Below, piece by piece: positions 42,001 to 52,914 of a stretch of DNA of 64,000 nucleotides (the stretch's first letter is position 1; every line of letters starts with the position of its first letter). The stretch is from assembly GCA_964016885.1 (NCBI GenBank), contig OZ024743.1, positions 362,018,001 through 362,082,000 of the forward strand, in the 5' to 3' direction. The notes under the pieces are model-generated. The model made no database searches. It was not told the origin of the DNA and was given only the letters and a program-made list of their open reading frames with translations. This DNA is from Eledone cirrhosa. Lineage: Eukaryota. A program made the position numbers and the translations under genes.

Positions 42001-42519
42001 ACTGACTGCGCTAAGAACATGAAGGCCCACGTCACCAACAGCCCTAGGAGCAACATCCCACCAGGGTGCTCTTGCCGTAAGCCTGAAGCTTGCTCTCTTC
42101 AACAGCAATGCAACACACCAGCTGTAATCTATGAAGCTGTGGTCACTTTCAACCGACCAAACGAACCACAGGAGGTCAAATCCTATGTGGGCATGGCGAG
42201 GGCCGATTCAATGAGCGTTTCCTGAACCACCAGTCTACCTTCAGATACCCGGACAGACGTTCATCCACGAAATTCGCGAGCCACGTATGATCCCTTTCTC
42301 AAGGACTCAAGTATAGGCTACTCCATTCAATGGAAAGCCATCACTAAGTCCGAGCCATACGCAAGGGGAAATCCGACGTGTGGCGTATGTATTGACGAAC
42401 GAATAACTATCCTAAAGAGTTTACGCAATAGTGATTGCCTAAACACGAGAAGTGAATTTTTCACACGTTGTCCACACGTCAGCAAACATTTATTGCATAA
42501 CTACAAAAATCCGGACTGA
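42001..42519 (+). pseudogene. PLE GIY-YIG endonuclease domain, frameshifted
   Basis: Across frameshifts: CSCRKPEACSLQQQCNTPAVIYEAVV...SYVGM/RFNERFLNHQSTF...TKFASHV*/LKDSSIGYSIQWKAI...CGVCIDERITIL...LNTRSEFFTRCPH. VIY/YVG motifs plus Cys-rich flanks typical of PLE endonucleases. Confidence 0.85.
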
Positions 42520-42640
42520 TTCTTTGTAATTTTATTTTCAACCTAAAAACTTTCCGGACTTTCGCACTTATCTCCCTTACAACTCCCGCACGCAACCTAG
42601 TATAGCCTGCGTGAAGTGTCCTTCCTGTTCCTATAACCAT

Positions 42641-42692
42641 ACACATCTCGAGCTGAAGATCCGCGAAGGTGAAACAATTGTTCCCGGTGTGG
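42641..42692 (+). ncRNA. Minimal type I hammerhead in PLE 3' end
   Basis: CTGAAGA (42653-42659)-TCC GCGAA GGT-GAAA (42671-42674)-CAATTG-TT; palindromic stem III ACAATTGT; imperfect stem I; GUU triplet suggests decay. Confidence 0.65.
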
Positions 42693-42985
42693 TGAACTAA
42701 CTGTTGTGTAACCACTTATATATATATAGTTCCGTCTAAAATACTCATAGAACACTCCTTGTGAATAAATATATTATTTAGATGAATTAATATGTACTGT
42801 GTATCGTTCGAGTCTGGATAGTTAGTACGTAAAATACTTCCTGGATATTTTGCGAGTTCTAGTTTTATATATTTTCTGAGCAGGGCATTCTGGGAATATT
42901 TTCACAATCTTGCTAAGAAAACATTTTTTCGATTACATATAGAATAGATTAACATAAGCCCTGTGGAGCTAATAAATAAACCATT

Positions 42986-43021
<36 letters not shown>

Positions 43022-43023
<2 letters not shown>

Positions 43024-44404
43024 AGTTGCATTTATCTTGCTTTATGTTCATACGCGTTATCACCAGGTCACAACCAGTGACCTCAAGAGACAACAAGGTC
43101 CGCCATGTTCAAGAAAGAACATACATACAAACACATGCATATTTAGGTGTTTAGACTTGTGATGTACTTATATTGACAGACTCTTCCTTAGTATATGGGC
43201 AGTTCCCATTAGTACTATCTTTTGTATTTCTCCTATACGCGGGTTTCCTGGGATTTACGATAAGTAATCATTAGACCCTTTAGGTATCATTCCTAGAGCG
43301 CCTACAACCACTGGTATTGTTTTAGTTCTCAATTTTCACATTTTTCCAATTTCTATCTCCAGGTTCTTATACTTTTTCAAATGTTTTTATAGATACATTC
43401 TTGTCTATTGGAACGGACATATCAATTAGCAGGCATACCCTCTTTTTAAAGTCCTTCAATATTATATCAGGTCTATTTGCATCTATTTTTCGGTCTGTTT
43501 GGATGCTAAAGTTCCACAAGATTGAGATGTGATCTTTTTCAAGTATGGGAGGAGGTTGATGCTCTCACCAATTCTTTTGACGGGACAGGTCAAAATGCTT
43601 GCACATTATCCAACGTATGTAATTTGCAGATCTGTCATGCCTGTTTAGGTATTCGGTTGGAGCTATAGGAGAGCACATTGAAATTATATGATCAATGGTC
43701 TCTGGTTGTTTTTTATTTTGTTGGCTTGGTAATTTATTGTTGGCAGACACTGATCTTGTGCTGATATAATCAGTCCTTCAGTCTCCGATTTCATTCCAGA
43801 GGATGCCAACCACTGATGGGTTAAAGTTTTGTCAACATCAAGATTGTTAGCTCTTTCTGGGTATTTTCCATAAAGGCTTTTCTTGCCATTTCTTAGCCAG
43901 ATCCTGTAGCAGTTCTTTCTTTGCAGTTACTTTTACCTGCTTTGCTTTTTCTGTTTACCATTTCAGCAGTAAATGGGACTTCTGAAATTTGTAGTCCATT
44001 ACTGTATCTTTGTGCATCTTTTCTAATGGAGTATGATCTTCTGATGCTTTCGTATTTCAAAACGAGTTTGATCATCCAATCATGTGATTCCCTTAGATAT
44101 GTAGATAATCCAATTGTTGCAGTTTTCAACGCAATATCTAACTGGATTATATTCTATCTATATCTGCCTTAGGGTGATGCATTCTGTGCATGGTTAAGAA
44201 TTTTCTAATTTTTGTATCGAGCCTACAGATCTCTGTGCTTCACCAGTTGATGACATTGTAACTGTAGGTTACTAATGGTATGGCAAGCGTGTTTATGGCA
44301 TCGATACTATTCCTTGCATTCAATTCCGTTCTTAAGATTGCTCTTGCTCTGCGGTAACATTCCTTCTTTATCATTTCCCTCATTGTCGAGTGCTTGATTC
44401 AGTC
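43022..44404 (-). mobile_element. R4/Dong-like RLE non-LTR retrotransposon, copy A (5'-truncated, internally deleted)
   Basis: Closely similar to 44491-45920; (TAA)n on both sides; remnant peptide ETIDHIISMC...RHD. Confidence 0.9.
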
Positions 44405-44490
<86 letters not shown>

Positions 44491-44492
<2 letters not shown>

Positions 44493-46895
44493 AGTTGCAT
44501 TTATCTTGCTTTTTGTTCATACGAGTTATCACCAAGTCACAACCAGTGACCTCAAGAGACAACAAGGTCCGCCATGTTCAAGAAAGAACATACATACTCA
44601 CACATGCATCTTTAGTGTTTAGACTTGTGATGTATTATATTGACAGAATCTTCCTTAGTATATGGGCAGTTCCCATTAGTACTATCTTTTGTATTTCTCC
44701 TATACGCGGGTTTCCTGGGATTTGCGATAAGTAATCATTAGACCCCTTAGGTATCATTCCCAGAGCGCCTACAACCACTGGTATTGTTTTAGTTCTCAAT
44801 TTCCACATTTTTCCAATTTCTATCTCCAGGTCCTTATACTTGCTCAATTTTTCAAATGTTTTTATAGATACATTCTTGTCTATTGGAACAGGCATACCCT
44901 CTTTTTAAAGTCCTTCAATATTATATCAGGTCTATTTGCATCTATTTTTCGGTCTGTTTGGATGCTAAAGTTCCACAAGATTGAGATGTGATCTTTTTCA
45001 AGTATGGGAGGTGGTTGACGCTCCCACCAATTCTTTTTATGGGGCAGGTCAAAATGCTTACACATTATCCAATGTATGTATTGTGCAGCTCTGTCATGCC
45101 TGTTTAGGTATTCGGTTGGAGCTATAGGACTGCACATTGAAATTATATGGTCAATAGTCTCTGGTTGTTTTTTGCATACACGGCATAATGGGCTGCATCC
45201 ATTTTTTATTATGTTGGCTTGGTAATTTTTTGTTGGCAGACACTGATCTTGTGCTGATATAATCAGTCCTTCAGTCTCCGATTTCAGTACAGAGGATGCC
45301 AACCACTGATGGGTTAAAGTTTTGTCAACATCAGGATTGTTAGCTCGCTCTGGGTATTTTCCATACAGAGGCTTTTCCTGCCATTTCTTAGCCAGTTTCT
45401 GTAGCAGTTCTTTCTTTGCAGTTACTTTTACCTGCTTTGCTTTTTCTGTGTTTTCCATTTCATCAGTAAATGGGACTTCTGAAATTTGTAGTCCATTAGT
45501 GTATCTTTGTGCATCTTTTGTAATGGAATATGATCTTTTGATGCTTTCGTGTTTCAAAACGAGTTTGATCATCCAATCATGTGATTCCCTTAGATATGTA
45601 GATAATCCAATTGTTGCAGTTTTCAACGCAATGTCTAACTGCATTAACCCACGTCCTCCTTCTTTCCTAGGGAGATATATTCTATCTATATCTGCCTTAG
45701 GGTGATGCATTCTGTGCATGGTTAAGAATTTTCGAATTTTTGTATCGAGCCTACGGATCTCTGTGCTTGACCAGTTGATGACATTGTAACTGGTATGGCA
45801 AGCGTGTTTATGGTATCGATCCTATTCCTTGCATTCAATTCCGTTCTTAAGATTGCTCTTACTCTGCGGTAACATTCCTTCCTTATCCTTTCCCTCATTG
45901 TCGAGTGCTTGATTCCGTCTCCTTCACAAACACCTAGATATTTGTAAGTTTTTTCTTGATCAAGTTCTCTTATCACGTTCCCCCGATCAAGATTAATGTC
46001 TGAACTCTTCAGCAGCTTTCCTCTGGTGAACGTTGCTTTGGCGCATTTATCTAGTCCAAACTCCATTTTAATGTCATCACTGAATTGCCCTTGCAATTGT
46101 TCATCATTTTTTGCAAATAGTTTCAGGTCATCCATGTAGAACAGGTGATTAATGGTTTTGTCATAGACTTTATATCCATGTTTTGTTTCATTGAGCATTT
46201 TACTTAATGGTATAAGTGCGATGCAGAATAAAAGCGGTGATAAAGAGTCACCCTGAAAAATTCCACAATTAATATTAACTTCTCCAGCTTCCAGTGATTT
46301 TGTTTCACTATTCAAAAGGAGTGTCGTTTTCCATGTCTTCATACTGAATGACAAAAGCCTCCTGACAACGGGGGATATTTTGAAAATCTCTAAACATTTT
46401 TCAATCCAACTGTGTGGCAAACTATCGAATGCTTTTTTATAATCTATCCAAGCAATCGATAGATTTTTGTGTCTATTATGACAATCTTCCAGTATCATTT
46501 TGTTAACCAGAAGCTGATCCTTACAGCCATATGAACCTCGTCTACACCCTTTCTGCTCAATGGAAAATAGGTCATTTGTTATCAGGTGGTCATATGTGTA
46601 TTCAGTTAGGACTGATGTTTAAATTTTATACATTGTGGTCAAGCAAGTTATCGGTCTGTAATTTTGGGGATTGTTTGTCTCATCATTCTTCGGAAGCAGG
46701 AATGTAATGCAGTTAACTAGGCATGATGGTATCTTTTCTGGCTCCTTAACTGTTTCATTGTAAAGTTGGGCTAACAGCTCATGAGACTCTGTGAAGGCAT
46801 TTATCCAAAAGTTTTGTATTTTGTCTTTTCCTGGGGATTTCCATTTGCTGGTTTTTCTTAGAGCCAAGCGCAACTGTTCAACTGTTATATTTTCC

Positions 46896-46897
<2 letters not shown>
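44491..46897 (-). mobile_element. R4/Dong-like RLE non-LTR retrotransposon, copy B (5'-truncated)
   Basis: RT, CCHC and restriction-like endonuclease in order; both ends abut (TAA)n, the known target of Dong-type elements. Confidence 0.92.
44635..46873 (-). pseudogene. RT-CCHC-RLE polyprotein broken into four ORF pieces
   Basis: KSPGKD...NYRPITCL; AWIDYKKAFDS, GIFQGDSLSP, YMDD, YKYLG; CRVC...HIISMC, RHD, RPDII; KLSKYKDLEIE. Confidence 0.92.

Positions 46898-46968
<71 letters not shown>
46898..46968. repeat. (TTA)n tract between the 5' ends of the Dong-like and Tx1-like elements
   Basis: Directly visible; sister tracts at ~42990-43021, ~44405-44490 and ~52876-52913. Confidence 0.95.
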
Positions 46969-47181
46969 TTTATTGGCGACCTACGTAGTAAATCGTATCA
47001 TCGTGAGCTCCGCAAAGGTTTGTAATTTCCGTTTGTTAAAAATTGTCATTTATGGAAAATTTTATTGTTAACTGTTTATAAGCGCACATACATTGTTTTC
47101 CGAAAAGGACACCCAAAAAGATTGGGGCCTTGTGCCCAAAATTTAAACTTTTATTATTATCAAAAAATTTCTTTGAAAAAA

Positions 47182-49177
47182 ATGGCTAATTCCCCTCTGC
47201 AACAAGCAGCTGAAAGCCTTCCTCACAAATTAACACCTCACACCGACACCACCATTGTAAATGTTACTACGTTTGCCAACACAAAAACAAATATAAGCAG
47301 TAGCAATATTTTAAATTTGTCTCAGGCAGACATTCATTTCCCGCCATTACCAATGAGTGCAGGTGTTAAAGCCTCCACCACCACCACCACCGCGACAAAC
47401 CCCCCCCCCACCACCACCACCGCGACAACAGAAACAAAAGAAGAAAAAAATAAATTAACTCGTGATGTCGAAATGAAATCAAGCAAAATGGACTCTTCCC
47501 CACCAAAGACGACTGACGTCACCACCACCACAACTGAAACTAAAATTAATATTAACGATAGCAACAACAACAACAATGACATTATAAAACCGACCCTCAG
47601 TTTCGCCAGAGTAGCAAAACAATTCGAAGCTTGTACGGTAACTCAGGAGGATTTAGAAAATGCCAAACAAATGGTAAAGAAAGATGGGTACAGGGTCAGC
47701 CTCACCCCACCCCCACCCTCCACCTAATAAAATGGAGCATCGGCGCCTATGCACCGTGTCGTATAGAACAATAAATGTAAAATCGCGCCGAGTGGAACGG
47801 GCATCCGAGTCCCAAATCCAAAAAGCTTTGGGACATGTGTGGGCAAGAAAAACCCACATCAGACGAGGGCAAAAGTATGGAACCGTGGACGTGTTCTTTG
47901 AAACACCAGAGGAGGCTAGAGAACACTCCATGGCCCCATTAAAAAGTGACGACTTCACACTCGTCCCAAGCTATTGTGGCCAGAGACTCGTGAAGATCAG
48001 GGTGACCCACGTTCCACCGGCCATCGAAATTCCCTGGCTAATAGCGGCCGTCCTCGCCGGCATCGAAGCCAACACGAAAATAATAGCAGTAGCAAAAGAA
48101 AAGCAGGAAAACTGGTCCGGATCTGGGATGGAGCTCCTGATCCAAGCGGACCAAAAAAGCATTGAGGAGATCCCAGAGGTAATAGACCTCACTGACGGCA
48201 GCCACCTCGCGGTAATTGTCGAGGGCAAAAGACCTAAGTGTGTCGTTTGTGGTGAAGGAACCCACCTAAGGGCTTTCTGCCCTCAGGCTAAAAGGTTGAG
48301 GCTACCTCTCCTACCCACCCCAGTGACACAACCATCAACACCACCAGTAGCAGAGATGGCAGCAACAACTGTAGCAGCAACAACAGAAGCAAATGGGACA
48401 GCAACAACCCCAGAAACAGTAGCAAAACCAACACCACCACCACCACCAGCAAAACCAACACCACCACCACCCAACGCTTCAGAACTAGCACCAGCGCCTA
48501 CACCATCCACCACGCCACAACCAAAACTAACGGCTGTGGAGGATTTTCCACTCCCCGGCCTATCACAACTGGAGACAGATTGTGACGACGAGGAGTGGGA
48601 AACGATATCCGGAAAAAAAAGAAACCAAAAAAGAAAAAATTCTCTTCCTTCCCCCTCCAAAAACAAAATACAGAGGGAAACAAATAAATTAAGAAACAAA
48701 AAAGTTAGCACAGATATGCCACCATCCACACCAGCATCACCAACCCCATCAACCCAAACACCAACACCATCACCATCATTAACCCCAACACCACCTTCAC
48801 CTACACCACAAAAGTCACCAAAATGCGAAACAGAAACAAACCCACAACAAACGCAAACAAAACAAAACAACCAAAACGATACACACTACACAGCATTAAA
48901 TTTGAACAACAAGCAATTATTACACTACATCCAACACAACACCAGCATCACAGAAAAAGACTACACAACAACCCCAAAATTCACACCACCTCCACACATA
49001 CAAATCACTCGCATCACACAGAAAACGTACATGACACTAAAACAAAAATTCCCCAAAGACATCGGAGACTTCCGACAAGCACTCTCCAGGAGGATTTATA
49101 AGGACATCCTTCCTGAGGAGGCCACAAGCAGTGAAAAGGATGGAAAAGCCGTCCTTCCCCTACGAGAAGTAAGGTAA
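47182..49177 (+). CDS. LINE ORF1 protein with CCHC zinc knuckle; one frameshift near 47700-47727
   Basis: ATG at 47182 (MANSPLQQ...SFARVAK) is open to 47727. The overlapping frame 47684-49177 has CVVCGEGTHLRAFC (CX2CX4HX4C), a Pro/Thr-rich region and basic WETISGKKRNQKRK. Confidence 0.8.
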
Positions 49178-49211
49178 GTGGTCTTTCCCATCTTTTCCAC
49201 TCCTTTTCAAC

Positions 49212-52200
49212 ATGACCTCACTCAGAATAGGCAGCATAAATGCGCGTGGCTTGGGGTCGTCATGGAAGCAGGGCCACCTGCTCAACGACCTCAGGTCACT
49301 AAACATAGATGTAGTGGCCATCAGCGAGACCAGAATCTCCGAAGCACAGGCTTTCGCACCGATCTTCGGCGGCTACAATGTGTACGCATCTCCCAGCCGT
49401 CCGGGATCGGGGGGAGGAGTTGCTGTGCTTTTTCGGAGAGGTTTGGATCTTGCCATACGGGCCATCTTCCTGGACCCAGAAGGTAAGTTGGTGGTGCTGG
49501 ACGTGACCAGCGGAGACGGGCAAGCTTTCAGGTTAGTGGCCGTCTATGCCCCGACAGGAGCAGGGCGGCCTGATTTCTTCCGGCGTCTGGAGACCTTTCT
49601 TGGAACGTCCCGCTCTTTAGTGTTAGTGGGCGACTGGAACGGGATCTTAGATGCACGCTGGGATTGTGTGGGATTAGTGGATAGGGAAGGAGGGTGCAAG
49701 AGTCTCACCAACCTGCTCAGACGTTTTGAACTGTCTGACAGGTACCGAATGGATTTCCCGAATGTACCAATGTGGACTTGGACAAATCGCATAGGGTCAT
49801 CCAGATCATATCTAGATAGAGTATTTTGTAGGGAAATAGATAGGTCTAGCATAGGCTGTCCACAATTCAAGATAGTCAGCTACACGGACCACAAATTCGT
49901 GATCTGTGTGCTTGACTTAGATAGGCTTCATAGACGAGGACCCGGCTACTGGAAGCTAAACGCGTCCTTACCAGCGCGCAAGGCCTACAGAGACCGGATT
50001 AGCGAACTAGTTAAGCGGGCGTTGACGGATGCCATCGTCAACAACAAGTGGTGGTTTGCTCTGAAAAGAGCAATTAGAATAGAGTCCATTAGGTTTAGTA
50101 AGACTTTAGCAATAGAGAAAAATAGAGCAGAGGGAGAATTAGTTAGAAAATTAGATGAGGCGCTTAGCAAAGGCATCGCGACCGACGTACTTGCGGCGAA
50201 ATTGGCCCTTGACCAATTCTTCAATGCAAAGCACGAAGGCTGCGTTGTCAGAGCTAGGGTGCGTGCTCTCAGACACGAGGGGACGAAAGCCGTTCAATGG
50301 GCCCGAGTGGCGGAGGCGCGTCGTGGCAACAAAGCCACGATCCGGTCTTTGGTGGACCACGACGGGCGCATGCTACTCGATCCCGGGCAAATGTGTGAAG
50401 CTTTTCAGCGACACTTCGCTCAACTGTTCGGGGGCAGTGGCGGGCCGGATCGAGGGATGGACTTTAGTGTCTACCTCGACGGACTGCCGCGGCTTTCGGC
50501 CACTGAGGCGGAGTGTTGCGAAAAGCCGATAACAACCGCTGAAGTACGGGATGCAATGACTAGTTGCACAAGGGGTAAATCGCCTGGTTTGGATGGTCTG
50601 CCCTATGAACTTTACGTACAAATGCCAAACTTGTTCGGAGGCCTCTTGGCGGACGTCTACTGCAACTGGCAACAGAACGGGAGAATTCCCAGCTCTGTGA
50701 GCCGAGGAGCGGTGGCGCTGCTGAGAAAGGATCCGAACAAGGGGGTTAACATAGATAATTTTAGGCCCATAACTCTGCTAAACACAGAGTTCAAGATTTT
50801 GGCCAAGGTGCTAGTAAAGAGGTTGGCGCTTGTCGTTGGTGGTCTGGTGGGAGAGGCACAGTCATGCGCCATTCCCGACAGATCCATCCACGACAACCTC
50901 CACCTCATGCGATACATCGTAGAGAGGGTAGCTAGGGAACCTGGCACGGGTGGGTCTTTGATCAATTTAGATCAGTCGAAAGCCTTCTATAGGGTCGACC
51001 ATCGTTACCTAACGGCAGTCCTGAGGGCGGCTGGCTTTGGGCCCGTCTTCAGAGGCTGGATCGCTGCCATGCACAGCGACATCTGCTCTGTAGTGAGAGT
51101 GAACGCTCACCTTTCGGAACCGTTCAACATCATGCGCTCGGTCCGCCAAGGATGCCCCCTCTCGTCCCTATTGTACGTATTGACTCTCGAGCCATTACTG
51201 CACAAACTGGAGACGTTGAGGGGGGTCCCGCGCGAACTAGGATGCGGAAGATCCGTGTCAGCATATGCCGACGATGTCACCGTAGTGGTGTCGAACGCCA
51301 AACACATCGAGGCGATCGGCACTACACTAAGAGAATACGAAGCGGTGACAGGAGAAATGATCAACCAGGAAAAGTCAGTGGGCCTGCAGCTCGGCACCTG
51401 GAGAGGCAGGTCCATGCCGTCCAACAGCGTCGTCGGGCGCTGGACGGACGGACCGGTTAAATTGCTAGGGGTCTGGTTCGGTCCAGACCTCCAGACGGAC
51501 AAAAACTGGGACGAGGTGACGAGCAGGGTGGCTTCTCTCACCCAGAAATGGGCCGAGAGGAAGCTATCCCTGAAAGGTCGAGCGGAGGTGGCGAATGCGT
51601 ACATCGCATCCGTCATCTACTACCGCCTGACCGTCGTACCTTGTCCTAAGCCCCGCCTGACTGCGCTGGAGCGTTTGCTCTTTCGCTTCTTGTGGAAGGG
51701 ACGCGCTCCAATGGTCAGGCGGTCCATCTGCTGTCAACACCCGCTACGTGGAGGGCTGGGCATGCCGTGGCTGATGATGCGCAGACACGCGCTCAGGCTA
51801 CGACATCTCCACCTCTTCCTCGACGGTGATCAGGTGTGGTCGCCGTTTGCAAGTCACGTTTTTCCCCAGCTCGTCTCCTTGACGGAGCTGCAGTCCTGGG
51901 TCAAGCGAAGACCGAGAGGGAGCGCTTGGAGACTGGAATGTCTTCAGGCGCTCACAGCCCTCGACCAATCGGGCAATGTGATCGGTGGAAACTCCACCTT
52001 GGCGTTCTATAGGGGATTAGTGGAGGGGAAGAGCGACGACGTACTTGGAGAAACTCTAGGCGTCGACGAAAATCAACTAGCCAATCTCTTTGGAAGGACT
52101 TTCGGGCCGGGGCCTATGGACAACTTCCAGAAATCCCTGGCCTGGCAGTGCTACCGAGGAGCTTTGCCAGTTCGGGATAAACTCTACAGGCATGGAGGTG

Positions 52201-52631
52201 CCGTCAGCCGGGCATGTCCGAGATGCGCGCAGGGCGACGAAACCGTCCTGCACGCACTCGTCCAGTGTCCGAGCATTGCTGACTTGTGGGTTTATGTCGA
52301 ACACCTGCTGTCACGTGTAGGACAGATCCAGCTATCAGCTGAGTCCATCGTGAGGATTGCCTCGCCCCCTTCCTTTAGCCTGGAAGGGCAGGCAGTTTTT
52401 ATCTGTCTGGTGGCCATGGCGAAAGAGATAGTATGGTGGACACGTTTGAAAGGGCTGAAGACGAGCACTTACCTCTTCGGTGATGCCCTGATTAACTTTT
52501 TCAAATTTCATTTGAAAAGGAAAATCAGGGTAGAGAGGGAAGTGCTCTCTTCCCAGCATTTTGTTGAAAGATGGGTGAGAGAAGCAAGTATGGCCCGAAT
52601 GAATGGGCCTTCTCTGAGTATGTGTCTGTAA
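49212..52631 (+). CDS. LINE ORF2, 1139 aa: AP endonuclease, reverse transcriptase, C-terminal CCHC
   Basis: SINARGL, SET, VYAP, GDWN, YLDR, TDHK (APE); KSPGLDG, FRPITLLN, QGCPLS, YADD (RT); CPRC...HALVQC. Confidence 0.97.
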   Translation: MTSLRIGSINARGLGSSWKQGHLLNDLRSLNIDVVAISETRISEAQAFAPIFGGYNVYASPSRPGSGGGVAVLFRRGLDLAIRAIFLDPEGKLVVLDVTSGDGQAFRLVAVYAPTGAGRPDFFRRLETFLGTSRSLVLVGDWNGILDARWDCVGLVDREGGCKSLTNLLRRFELSDRYRMDFPNVPMWTWTNRIGSSRSYLDRVFCREIDRSSIGCPQFKIVSYTDHKFVICVLDLDRLHRRGPGYWKLNASLPARKAYRDRISELVKRALTDAIVNNKWWFALKRAIRIESIRFSKTLAIEKNRAEGELVRKLDEALSKGIATDVLAAKLALDQFFNAKHEGCVVRARVRALRHEGTKAVQWARVAEARRGNKATIRSLVDHDGRMLLDPGQMCEAFQRHFAQLFGGSGGPDRGMDFSVYLDGLPRLSATEAECCEKPITTAEVRDAMTSCTRGKSPGLDGLPYELYVQMPNLFGGLLADVYCNWQQNGRIPSSVSRGAVALLRKDPNKGVNIDNFRPITLLNTEFKILAKVLVKRLALVVGGLVGEAQSCAIPDRSIHDNLHLMRYIVERVAREPGTGGSLINLDQSKAFYRVDHRYLTAVLRAAGFGPVFRGWIAAMHSDICSVVRVNAHLSEPFNIMRSVRQGCPLSSLLYVLTLEPLLHKLETLRGVPRELGCGRSVSAYADDVTVVVSNAKHIEAIGTTLREYEAVTGEMINQEKSVGLQLGTWRGRSMPSNSVVGRWTDGPVKLLGVWFGPDLQTDKNWDEVTSRVASLTQKWAERKLSLKGRAEVANAYIASVIYYRLTVVPCPKPRLTALERLLFRFLWKGRAPMVRRSICCQHPLRGGLGMPWLMMRRHALRLRHLHLFLDGDQVWSPFASHVFPQLVSLTELQSWVKRRPRGSAWRLECLQALTALDQSGNVIGGNSTLAFYRGLVEGKSDDVLGETLGVDENQLANLFGRTFGPGPMDNFQKSLAWQCYRGALPVRDKLYRHGGAVSRACPRCAQGDETVLHALVQCPSIADLWVYVEHLLSRVGQIQLSAESIVRIASPPSFSLEGQAVFICLVAMAKEIVWWTRLKGLKTSTYLFGDALINFFKFHLKRKIRVEREVLSSQHFVERWVREASMARMNGPSLSMCL

Positions 52632-52874
52632 ATTAAAGGTGGAAAACTGGGAGAGGGCACTTGCCCTGGTGGTCAGGGCCACTGTGGTCTTTTAATGGGC
52701 TTTCTCCACAAATGTCCCTTGGAAGTCTCCACCCTATTGGGGAATTTTTGTTTGTTATTTTATTTCAACCTCTGTTTTTTTTACACGCAGAAATGCCCAT
52801 TTGTACCGTCCTGTATTGTCCTGTACTGTCCTTAATGTCTACTTTATGTGAACCCTTGTGGTTAATAAAGAAAA

Positions 52875-52913
<39 letters not shown>

Positions 52914-52914
<1 letters not shown>

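Larger units (their letters stand above)
41990..42717 (+). mobile_element. PLE 3' portion: GIY-YIG pseudogene, 3' UTR, hammerhead, (TA)n end
   Basis: Coding remnant 42001-42519 and ribozyme motif 42641-42692, ending in TATATA. Confidence 0.85.
46969..52875 (+). mobile_element. Near full-length L1/Tx1-like LINE in (TTA)n
   Basis: 5' UTR, ORF1, ORF2 (APE-RT-CCHC), 3' UTR ending AATAAAGAAAAC then (ATT)n. Confidence 0.95.
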
